From assembly GCA_963798085.1 (NCBI GenBank), contig CAWCRS010000001.1, positions 320,001-384,000 on the forward strand: a DNA stretch of 64,000 bases. Direction: 5' to 3'. The translations under genes and the position numbers were made by a program. Source of the DNA: an uncultured Gemmatimonadales bacterium (GTDB taxonomy: Bacteria; Gemmatimonadota; Gemmatimonadetes; Longimicrobiales; RSA9). Below the pieces are notes generated by a model. It did not search any database, was not told the DNA's origin, and saw only the letters and a list, made by a program, of their open reading frames with translations. Below are positions 8,939 to 16,880 of this stretch, piece after piece (the first letter of the stretch is position 1; every line of letters begins with the position of its first letter).

Positions 8939-11629
8939 CTACTCGATGCGCAGCGCCGCGGCCGGATCCGTGCGCCCGGCTCTGGCTGCAGGAATCAGAC
9001 TGGCCAGCACCGAAACCAGGAAGAGCGTCGTCGCCACCACGGCGTACGTCAGCGCATCGTGCGCCGAAGTGTCGAACAGCAGCGGCTCGATCAGGCGCCC
9101 GCTGGCAAAGGCCAGCACCGTGCCGATCACCACGCCCACGGCAACGAGCCCGGTTCCCGTGCGCAGGACCATCAGCACGATGTCACGTACGCCCGCGCCC
9201 AGCGCCATGCGAATGCCCAGCTCGGCTCGCCGCTGCAATACGCCGTAGGCGATCACGCTGTACAGGCCGACAGCGGCGATGAGCAGGGCGAGGGCGCCGA
9301 ACAGGCCGAACATGCTGGCGCCCAGACGCCAGGGGCGGATCTGCGGGTCGAGGGCCTGCTGCAGGGTCTCGAGTTCCACATAACCGAGTGTTGGATCCAG
9401 GCGACGAAGCTGCGCTTCGATCGACGCCGCCAGCGCAGGCATGCGCACGCCGCGCGGCCGCACGGCCAGCAGCGGTCCGGATATGCCGGACTGCTGGGCG
9501 ATGGGCATGTAGAACTGCATGGCCTTGAGTTCGCGCAGCGCCAGCCGGCGCGCGTCTTCCACGACGCCCACAATGCGCGCGCAGGGCGAGTCGGGCTTGT
9601 CGATGATGATGCACTTGCCGAGCGCGTCTTCGCCCGGCCACAGCGTGCCGGCCATGGTCTGATTCACGATTGCGACCGGCTCGCTCCCGGCGCGGTCGGC
9701 GGGCGTGAATTCGCGACCCGCGAGCAGCTTCGTTCCCACGGTCGCGAAGTAGCCATCGGAAACCGCGCTCGCGTACGGCCCGCCGCCCGGCATGTCGGGA
9801 ATCGAATCGCGCCCGGGCACACGCAGATCGAGACCAAGCATGGCGTGGAATGGCGTGCCGACGGACAGCGCGGCGTCCGCCACCTCGGGAAGCGCGCGCA
9901 CCTGCTCCAGTGCCTGCACGAAGAACGCGCTGCGATGCTGCTCGCCGGCGGGCGTGTCGGGCGTGCCCGGCCACTGGGGCTGCACCGCCAGGACGCGTTC
10001 CGGCTCGATACCCAGGTGCAGTGCGCGAACGCGCGCGAGACTGCGCAGGAACAGGCCACCCGCCACCAGCAGCACCAGCGAGAGCGTGGCCTGCAGGATG
10101 GTGAGTGCATGACGGGTGCGCGCGGCCGACACACCGGCACCGCCCTCGCGCCGCCCGGCCTTGAGCGAATCGTTCAGGTTGCTGCGCAGCGCCTTCACAC
10201 AGGGCACGAGGCCGGTGAGCACGCCGCAGAACAGTGTCAGCACTGCGCCGAACACGACAACGCGCGTGTTCACAGGCGCCGCATCCCAGTGCACATCGGG
10301 CAGGAGCAGCCCGCGCACGATCCTGCCACCCCAGTTGGCGACCGCCAGTGCCGCGGCACCGCCGCCGAGCGCGAGCAGCACGCTCTCGGTCAGCAGCAGT
10401 CGCACTACGCGCAGGCGGCTGGCGCCCAGCGCCACACGCACGCCCACTTCGCGCTGTCGCCGAATGGCCCGCGTCAACAGCAGGTTCGTGATGTTCGCAC
10501 AGGCGATGAGCAGTACCACCAGCGACACGCCCATCAGCCAGCGCGCCACGGCCACTTCGGGCGGCTCCGCGCCGAACATGTCATGGACCAGCGGGCGCAC
10601 ACTCATGCGCGCCGCTTTTTCCGCCGCGGCCGTGCCGCCGTAGCCCGCCTGGTAGAGGCTCGTCGCTTCGCGACCCGCCTGCTGCGCGCTCACGCCCGGA
10701 TGCAAACGTACCACGATCGTGAGCCACTTCGCGCGCCACGTCGAAGCCCAGTCGGACCGCGGCTGTTCCAGCGCCGACACGGGTATCCACAGTTTCACGG
10801 GCGCCAGTTCCGGACCCGTGAGGCCGCGCGGCGCCACGCCGATCACAGTGAACGGCCGTTCCCCGATGACGACCTGCCTGCCGATTACATTCGGGTCGCC
10901 GCTGAATTCAGACTGCCACCAGTCGTGATCGAGCACTACCACATCGTTACCACGGGGCGGGCGATCTTCCTCCGCATTGAAGAAGCGGCCCAGTTCGGGG
11001 CGCACACCCAGCAGAGGCAGCAGGTCCCACGATGCCGCTGCCACCGGCAGTTTTCTCGCCTGGGCACCGCGACCCACGAGCATGTCCCGCGACTTGAAGA
11101 TGCCGGCGTCGAAGGAATGCGCCTGTTGCTTCAACAGCGTGTACGTCGCGTAACCCATGGGGCTGATGGTGCGCTCCGGCTGTCCGGGAAAGGTGATGGT
11201 TTCGTACAGTCGCAGCACGGCGGCCGGCTCGCGCACATGGTCGGGTCCACGCAGCAGCAGCCGGTCGATCACGCCGAACATGATGGCATTCGCACCCACG
11301 CCCAGCGCCAGTGTGACCAGCACGACACCCGCCAGCATGCGATCGCCCCACAGGCTGCGCAGGGATTGACGGACGTCCCGGGTCCACGACGACAGCACCT
11401 CGCGCACCCGCATGCGACCCTCCTTTGCATTCGCCAGGCGATAGAGCCGACGGCGCGCCCGCGCCATTGATCCGAAATTTGCGGCCGCCTGCTGCCAGGC
11501 CCGCGCCGGTTCCACGCCGTCCTGCATCAGCCGGCGCGCGCGCAGTTCCACGTGCAGGTCGATCTCCTCATCCACCTGGCGCGCGATCTCGTCACGCCGG
11601 CGAGCCCGCAAACGGAAATACCGCTTCAA
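8939..11629 (-). CDS. ADOP-type duplicated orphan ABC permease
   Basis: VDEEIDLHVE prefix, LALGVGANAIMF, CANITNLL, RAELGIRMALGA, TDPAAALRIE; TTG start. Confidence 0.92.
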   Translation of the reverse strand: MKRYFRLRARRRDEIARQVDEEIDLHVELRARRLMQDGVEPARAWQQAAANFGSMARARRRLYRLANAKEGRMRVREVLSSWTRDVRQSLRSLWGDRMLAGVVLVTLALGVGANAIMFGVIDRLLLRGPDHVREPAAVLRLYETITFPGQPERTISPMGYATYTLLKQQAHSFDAGIFKSRDMLVGRGAQARKLPVAAASWDLLPLLGVRPELGRFFNAEEDRPPRGNDVVVLDHDWWQSEFSGDPNVIGRQVVIGERPFTVIGVAPRGLTGPELAPVKLWIPVSALEQPRSDWASTWRAKWLTIVVRLHPGVSAQQAGREATSLYQAGYGGTAAAEKAARMSVRPLVHDMFGAEPPEVAVARWLMGVSLVVLLIACANITNLLLTRAIRRQREVGVRVALGASRLRVVRLLLTESVLLALGGGAAALAVANWGGRIVRGLLLPDVHWDAAPVNTRVVVFGAVLTLFCGVLTGLVPCVKALRSNLNDSLKAGRREGGAGVSAARTRHALTILQATLSLVLLVAGGLFLRSLARVRALHLGIEPERVLAVQPQWPGTPDTPAGEQHRSAFFVQALEQVRALPEVADAALSVGTPFHAMLGLDLRVPGRDSIPDMPGGGPYASAVSDGYFATVGTKLLAGREFTPADRAGSEPVAIVNQTMAGTLWPGEDALGKCIIIDKPDSPCARIVGVVEDARRLALRELKAMQFYMPIAQQSGISGPLLAVRPRGVRMPALAASIEAQLRRLDPTLGYVELETLQQALDPQIRPWRLGASMFGLFGALALLIAAVGLYSVIAYGVLQRRAELGIRMALGAGVRDIVLMVLRTGTGLVAVGVVIGTVLAFASGRLIEPLLFDTSAHDALTYAVVATTLFLVSVLASLIPAARAGRTDPAAALRIE

Positions 11630-11699
11630 GGGACCCTGCTCCGTCCTGACACGGCGTTAGATGCCGCTCGCCGCAGCCGCCGGCGCACGCTGGTCACGC

Positions 11700-12044
11700 T
11701 CAGCTCCGGCGGGGCTGGACATTGAGGATCGTCGTCAGCGTCTCCGCATAGCGCATGAGCCGCTCACTCTCCCGCTTCAGATGCGCACGCCCCTCACGGG
11801 TGATCCTGTAATAGCGCGCGCGCCGGTTGTTTTCCGTCACGCCCCACTCCGCCTCCACCAGCGCCCGACCCTCCAGCCGGTAGAGCGCCTGGTAGAGCGC
11901 GGAATCATCCACATCCAGCGCACCCGCCGAGTTCCGCTCCAGCCACACGGTGATCTCGAAACCGTGCAGCGGCCCATCACTCAGGGCCTTCAGCACCAGC
12001 ACGTCCAGCGTCCCCTTCACCACGCTCAGCGATTGCTTCACCAT
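11700..12044 (-). CDS. PadR family transcriptional regulator (acidobacterial type)
   Basis: GTLDVLVLKAL..LHGFEI..LYQALYRLE..WGVTENNRRARYY; GGAGGG RBS. Confidence 0.93.
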   Translation of the reverse strand: MVKQSLSVVKGTLDVLVLKALSDGPLHGFEITVWLERNSAGALDVDDSALYQALYRLEGRALVEAEWGVTENNRRARYYRITREGRAHLKRESERLMRYAETLTTILNVQPRRS

Positions 12045-12048
12045 TCCC

Positions 12049-12074
12049 TCCAGAGTCTGGATGGAGACTCTGGA
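12049..12074. promoter_or_regulatory. Candidate PadR operator (palindrome)
   Basis: TCCAGAGTCT-GGATGG-AGACTCTGGA, perfect 10-bp arms, abutting the RBS of the padR at 12044. Confidence 0.55.
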
Positions 12075-12244
12075 TGGATGCGGCCGGCGCCGCGGCCTGT
12101 CAACACTCGCGATGCGTTTGCCGGCTCGGGCCCGGCTCGCGCCACGGCACGACGACACGGTTCCCCGTCACTTCGGCCCTTGGCACGGCCCATCCGTCCC
12201 CGGCCGCGCGTGAGTGGCAACGGCGAGGTGGTCGGACGCCCTTA

Positions 12245-12269
12245 CTGTCTCCATGATGGAGAGAGACAG
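12245..12269. promoter_or_regulatory. Candidate PadR operator (palindrome)
   Basis: TCTCCAT-G-ATGGAGA (12248-12262) overlapping CTGTCTC...GAGACAG, 20 bp upstream of padR 12289. Confidence 0.5.
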
Positions 12270-12288
12270 GCACACGGAGATCACGGAC

Positions 12289-12636
12289 ATGGCTGATGCA
12301 ACACGATTCCTGCCCCTCACTCATCTCGGGTTTCACGTGCTGCTCACGCTGGCCGAGGGGCCGGGGCACGGCTACGCGATCATCCGCGAAGTCGAGCGTC
12401 GCTCGGACGGGTTGGTGTCGCCGGGCACGGGCTCGTTCTACGAAGTGATGCGCAAGCTGCGCGCGGACGGTCTGATCGAAGACTCGCCATCGCCGGCCGG
12501 CGATGATGCCCGGCGCAAGCATTACCGGTTGACGCGGCTGGGCGCGGATGTGCTGCGGCTCGAAGCGGCAAGGCTGGAGACGCTGCTGCGCGAGGCGAGG
12601 CGCATCGGTTTCCTGGCGAAGGCGGCGCGCGCATGA
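12289..12636 (+). CDS. PadR family transcriptional regulator
   Basis: LPLTHLGFHVLLTLA..HGYAII..GTGSFY..DARRKHYRLT. Confidence 0.92.
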   Translation: MADATRFLPLTHLGFHVLLTLAEGPGHGYAIIREVERRSDGLVSPGTGSFYEVMRKLRADGLIEDSPSPAGDDARRKHYRLTRLGADVLRLEAARLETLLREARRIGFLAKAARA

Positions 12637-15434
12637 GCGGCACCGGAACCCGCGTGTTCGCGCTGCTGTTCCGCGCACTGGTTCGGCTGGCCCCGCCGTC
12701 TGGTCGGGGCTGGGCGTCGGAATCGCTTGCGGTATCCCTGGCGCGATTGCGAGATGCGCGGGCGCGCGGGCGTTTCGCCGGTCTGCACTTCGCGCTGGCC
12801 GAGCTGCTCGATGCCGCGGGCGCAGTGTATCGCGAGCGTCGTGTGTGGCGCCGTGAGCGGCGCGCGGCCAGCCGCGCGCACAATGACGCAACCCACTCGA
12901 CCGGAATATCGATCATGGACATGGTTCGTGACGTCCTGCTCGCCGCGCGCGGCCTGCGCCGGCGTCCGCTGCTCTCCCTCGGCGTGATGGCCACGCTGGC
13001 CTTCGGCATCGCGGTGACGACGGTGATGTTCGGCGTGGTCTCGACCGTGTTGTGGCGGCCGCTGCCGTTCGATCATCCGGAGCGGGTGTACGTGATCTGG
13101 GCGCACATGCCGCAGATCGATCTGGGCTATCCCGAGCTGCCCATTCACGGCACGCATTTCACGCGGATCCGCGAGCGCTCCCACACGATCGACGCGGTGG
13201 CGGCGTTCAAGGCGGACGTGTTCAATCTGGAGGATGGCAGCGCGCACGAGCGCATCGACGGCCTGCGCACGACGGGCGGGCTGTTCCGCGCGATCGGTGT
13301 GCGTCCACTGCTGGGCCGCTTCTTCGACGAGCCGGAGGAGACGCCCGGTCGCGATCATGTCGTGGTCCTCAGCTACGACCTGTGGCGCCGGCAGTTCGGC
13401 GCCGATCCGGCGATCATCGGCCGGGCCATTCGCGTGAGTGGCGAGCCTTACACGGTGTTGGGCGTAGCGCCGCAGGGCTTCGCGTTCCCGCGCGGTGGTG
13501 AGATGCCGAAGAACTTCCAGATGCCGAAGCGGACCGAGCTGTGGGTGCCCATGGCGCCCGCGCAGCGGGGTCCATCGGATCTGGCACTGATTGCGCGCGT
13601 CCGCCCCTCCGTCACACTGCCGCAGCTGCAGGCCGACCTGGACCGCATTTCCGTGCTGGCGGGCGAGGAAACGCATGCGAAGGGCTGGTGGGACACGCAG
13701 GCCGTAGCCCTGCGCCAGCAGGTGGTGGGTGGCACTGCGCCCATGCTCATCGTGCTCTTCGCAGCCGTGCTGCTGGTCATGCTCATCGCCTGCGCCAATG
13801 CTGCGCAACTCCTGTTAGCCAGTGCCCTGGCGCGGCAGCGTGAATTTGCCGTACGCAGTGCGCTCGGCGCGCGGCGGGGCCGTCTGGTGCGGCAGGTGTT
13901 CGTGGAGGCGCTGCTGCTGGCCGCGCTCGCCGGAGCTGCCGGCGCGCTGCTCTCGCGCGCGGGCGCCGATCTCGTTCGCGCGTGGGGACCGGAACGACTG
14001 CCGCGGCTCGCCGACATCCGCGTCGACCCGCGTGTCTTCATTTTCGGCCTGCTGCTGACCACGCTCACCGGCATTCTGTTCGGCGTCGTCCCCGCCGTTG
14101 CCGGAACGCGGCTCGAGCCGTGGCCCCGCGGTTTCGGCCGCCGGCGACCGGCGCATCTGCAGTCGGCGAATCTGGCGCGCGTGCTGCGCGCCGGCGGCCG
14201 CGGCGCCACGGGCGGGCCGGGCGCGAGGCTGCGCCAGCTCTTCCTCGTCACCGAGGTGGCCTTGTCACTCGTGTTAGTCGCCGGCGCCGGCCTGCTGCTG
14301 CGCAGCCTCGACCTGCAATACCGCACCGATCTCGGCTTTCAGCCTGCGGGCACGCTGACCTTCGAGGTCACGCTGCCCAACGTGCGCTACCGCGAGGCTC
14401 CCGGCGAGCCGACGTATCTGGTCAATCCCGCAGTGGTCGGTTTCATCAGCACCGCGCTGGAACGCCTGCGCGAATTGCCTGGGGTTCAGGCTGCGTCGAT
14501 GGCGAAGCCACTACCGCTGAGCGGCGCGCAGGAAGCGAGCGTCTACCTGGTCGAGGGGCATCTGCCCAGGACGCCCGACGAGACACCGGTCGCCGAATAC
14601 ACGGTGATTGGTCCGGACTTCTTCCTCGCCATGGGCTCAGCGCTGCTCGAAGGGCGCGAGTTCACCGCAGACGACGATTCCGCCTCGGCCGCCGTCGTCA
14701 TTGTCAACAGGGCGATGGCCTCGAGCGTGTGGCCGGGCGAGGATCCGATCGGCAAGCGCATCAAGCTGCCGCCGCCCAACCGTCCGTGGATGACGGTGGT
14801 GGGCGTGGCGCCCGACATCAAGGAGTTCAGCATCGCCGAGAAGGCCAGGCCGATCCTGTTCGTTCCCTACCGGCAGCGACCCTACCCGCCGCTCGCCACG
14901 AGCACGCTGTTAGTGCGTTCAGCGGGCGATCCGCGCACCCTGCTGGACGGCGTGCGCCGGGAAATTGCGGCGCTGGATCCGGAGCTGCCGCTGGCCAGCA
15001 TCCGCACGGTGAGCGACCTGGTCGATCAGGCAACGGCCGAACCTCGTTTCGCCACGCTGCTGCTCAGCGGTTTCGCGCTCGCAGCCAGTATGCTGGCCGC
15101 GCTCGGCCTGGGCGGTCTGACGGCGTACCTCGTGACGCAGCGGCGCCGCGAACTCGGAATCCGGCTGGCACTCGGCGCGACCCATCGTCGCCTGGTCAGT
15201 GAAGTGCTGTTCGAAGGCCTGCGCGTGACCGCAGCGGGAGTCTGCATCGGCCTGCTGGTGGCTGTGCTGTCGACGCGGCTGCTGCGCACCATGCTCTACG
15301 GCGTGTCGGCGCTCGATCCGGTGACGTTCCTGCTCGCGCCACTCGTGTTGACGGCCGCGGTCGCTGCCGCGTGTGCGCTGCCCGCGTGGCGCGCCGCGCG
15401 CGTCGACCCGCGCACGACGCTGGACGCCGGCTGA
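12633..15434 (+). CDS. ADOP-type duplicated orphan ABC permease
   Basis: LFRALVRLAPP prefix, LAFGIAVTTVMF, CANAAQLL, RRELGIRLALGA, VDPRTTL; ATGA overlap with padR. Confidence 0.92.
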   Translation: MSGTGTRVFALLFRALVRLAPPSGRGWASESLAVSLARLRDARARGRFAGLHFALAELLDAAGAVYRERRVWRRERRAASRAHNDATHSTGISIMDMVRDVLLAARGLRRRPLLSLGVMATLAFGIAVTTVMFGVVSTVLWRPLPFDHPERVYVIWAHMPQIDLGYPELPIHGTHFTRIRERSHTIDAVAAFKADVFNLEDGSAHERIDGLRTTGGLFRAIGVRPLLGRFFDEPEETPGRDHVVVLSYDLWRRQFGADPAIIGRAIRVSGEPYTVLGVAPQGFAFPRGGEMPKNFQMPKRTELWVPMAPAQRGPSDLALIARVRPSVTLPQLQADLDRISVLAGEETHAKGWWDTQAVALRQQVVGGTAPMLIVLFAAVLLVMLIACANAAQLLLASALARQREFAVRSALGARRGRLVRQVFVEALLLAALAGAAGALLSRAGADLVRAWGPERLPRLADIRVDPRVFIFGLLLTTLTGILFGVVPAVAGTRLEPWPRGFGRRRPAHLQSANLARVLRAGGRGATGGPGARLRQLFLVTEVALSLVLVAGAGLLLRSLDLQYRTDLGFQPAGTLTFEVTLPNVRYREAPGEPTYLVNPAVVGFISTALERLRELPGVQAASMAKPLPLSGAQEASVYLVEGHLPRTPDETPVAEYTVIGPDFFLAMGSALLEGREFTADDDSASAAVVIVNRAMASSVWPGEDPIGKRIKLPPPNRPWMTVVGVAPDIKEFSIAEKARPILFVPYRQRPYPPLATSTLLVRSAGDPRTLLDGVRREIAALDPELPLASIRTVSDLVDQATAEPRFATLLLSGFALAASMLAALGLGGLTAYLVTQRRRELGIRLALGATHRRLVSEVLFEGLRVTAAGVCIGLLVAVLSTRLLRTMLYGVSALDPVTFLLAPLVLTAAVAAACALPAWRAARVDPRTTLDAG

Positions 15435-15451
15435 ATGAGCGGCGGGGAGTT

Positions 15452-16531
15452 CTAGCTCTCCGGCTCTGCCGTTCGTTTGCGCCGGGTACGGTGCCACCAC
15501 ATCGCGTAGCCGCTCAGCAGCTGCAGGAGCAGTGCGAGGCTGGCCATGGACGCGATGGTCTTGCCGGGAATGCCGAAGATGTCGCCCGTGTGCAGCGCAC
15601 GGTTGGTGATCACCGCGCGGGTTCCGCCCGGCGCATCGCGTGACGACTGCGCGAACAGGATGTTACCGGTGTACGGATCGATCATCATGCGGCTGCGTCC
15701 GCCGGGCGTGAGATCCTCGGGGAAGCGCAGCGAAACGAGCCAGGGCACTGCGGGCCCGGAAGGCACACTGAGGAAGAAGGGCACGGCGCCGGGCAGGGCG
15801 CCTCTCGCGATCTGGAACACCTGATCAGCGGTGAGCGGCGTCGCGCCGGCGGGTGGCTCGATCTTCGGCCGGGGCAGCTGGGCGGGCTCCGAGCTGGTGA
15901 GCCGGTACAGCAGCGGCGTCGTGCTGCGCTCGAAGCCGATCACAATGCCGGTCGCGCCCAGCAGAAACAGGAAGACGAATGCGTAAATACCGGAGGCGCT
16001 GTGCAGATCGAACCAGAAGCGTCGCGCTTTCGCACCCCTGCGGATGCCGAGGCGCTTGAGCGGCCACCACAGGACCAGTCCGGTCAGCAGCAGGAACAGC
16101 AGTGTCACCCCTGCCCAGCTCATGATCTGTTTGCCCGGATCACTGCGTGTGCGGATGAGCAGGCGCAGGTGCAGCTGGTGGACGCGCGCCAGCCAGTCGG
16201 GCGAGTTGGCCAGACTTCCCAGTACCTCGGCTGTAAACGGGTTGACGAAAACTGCGCGGTCGCCGAGCTGCACCTGATCCGCGAGGTTGGGCGCTGTGGC
16301 GACACCGTAGTTCCTGATCTTCGCATCCGGAAATGCGCGGCTCACCGCAGCACCGATCTGCGCCAGCGACATGCGCTGCGCCTGCGGCTTCACGTAGGAC
16401 AGATGCGGGTGCGTGAGGTGTTCCAGCTCCGGTTCGAATGCCATGATGCTGCCGGTCACGCCGAACACCAGCAGGAACGCCCCGCCCAGCAGCGCCACGT
16501 AGCGGTGCAGCACGAAGATGAATTTTCGCAT
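15452..16531 (-). CDS. PepSY-associated TM helix domain protein
   Basis: LHRYVAL..GVTGS, VNPFTAEVLG, LHLRLL, LTGLVLWWP, DLHSASG, IDPYTG, LHTG motifs. Confidence 0.88.
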   Translation of the reverse strand: MRKFIFVLHRYVALLGGAFLLVFGVTGSIMAFEPELEHLTHPHLSYVKPQAQRMSLAQIGAAVSRAFPDAKIRNYGVATAPNLADQVQLGDRAVFVNPFTAEVLGSLANSPDWLARVHQLHLRLLIRTRSDPGKQIMSWAGVTLLFLLLTGLVLWWPLKRLGIRRGAKARRFWFDLHSASGIYAFVFLFLLGATGIVIGFERSTTPLLYRLTSSEPAQLPRPKIEPPAGATPLTADQVFQIARGALPGAVPFFLSVPSGPAVPWLVSLRFPEDLTPGGRSRMMIDPYTGNILFAQSSRDAPGGTRAVITNRALHTGDIFGIPGKTIASMASLALLLQLLSGYAMWWHRTRRKRTAEPES

Positions 16532-16606
16532 TCGCTATTTCAATTCCGTCGGGAGTTCACCATTTCAGGGACAGCCACCCGGTGCTCCGTGTTACTTCGG
16601 GTTTCC

Positions 16607-16805
16607 GGGGCTCGGGCTCGGGCTGGGGCTGGGTTACGGAATGCTGGTTCGCCTTTTGCCTCGTTCGGGGTACGGCTGCGGATTCCTGTGGCCGCCCGAT
16701 TCCGATAATTCGGTGATAGGAACACCCGGCGACCCGATGCTGAAGAAGTTCCGAGCACCCTGGCCCCAACAGCGCGATGTCGTTCCCAGCCCGAGCCCGA
16801 GCCCC
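16607..16805. repeat. G-rich 21-bp inverted repeat pair
   Basis: GGGGCTCGGGCTCGGGCTGGG (16607-16627) and its exact reverse complement at 16785-16805; related 17-mer at 55221-55237. Confidence 0.65.
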
Positions 16806-16880
16806 AGCCCCAGAAACGTCCCTCCAGGAACACTGCGGGCGGCCCGGCAGAACAGCCGGACCGCCCGCGCTAACGCTCGG

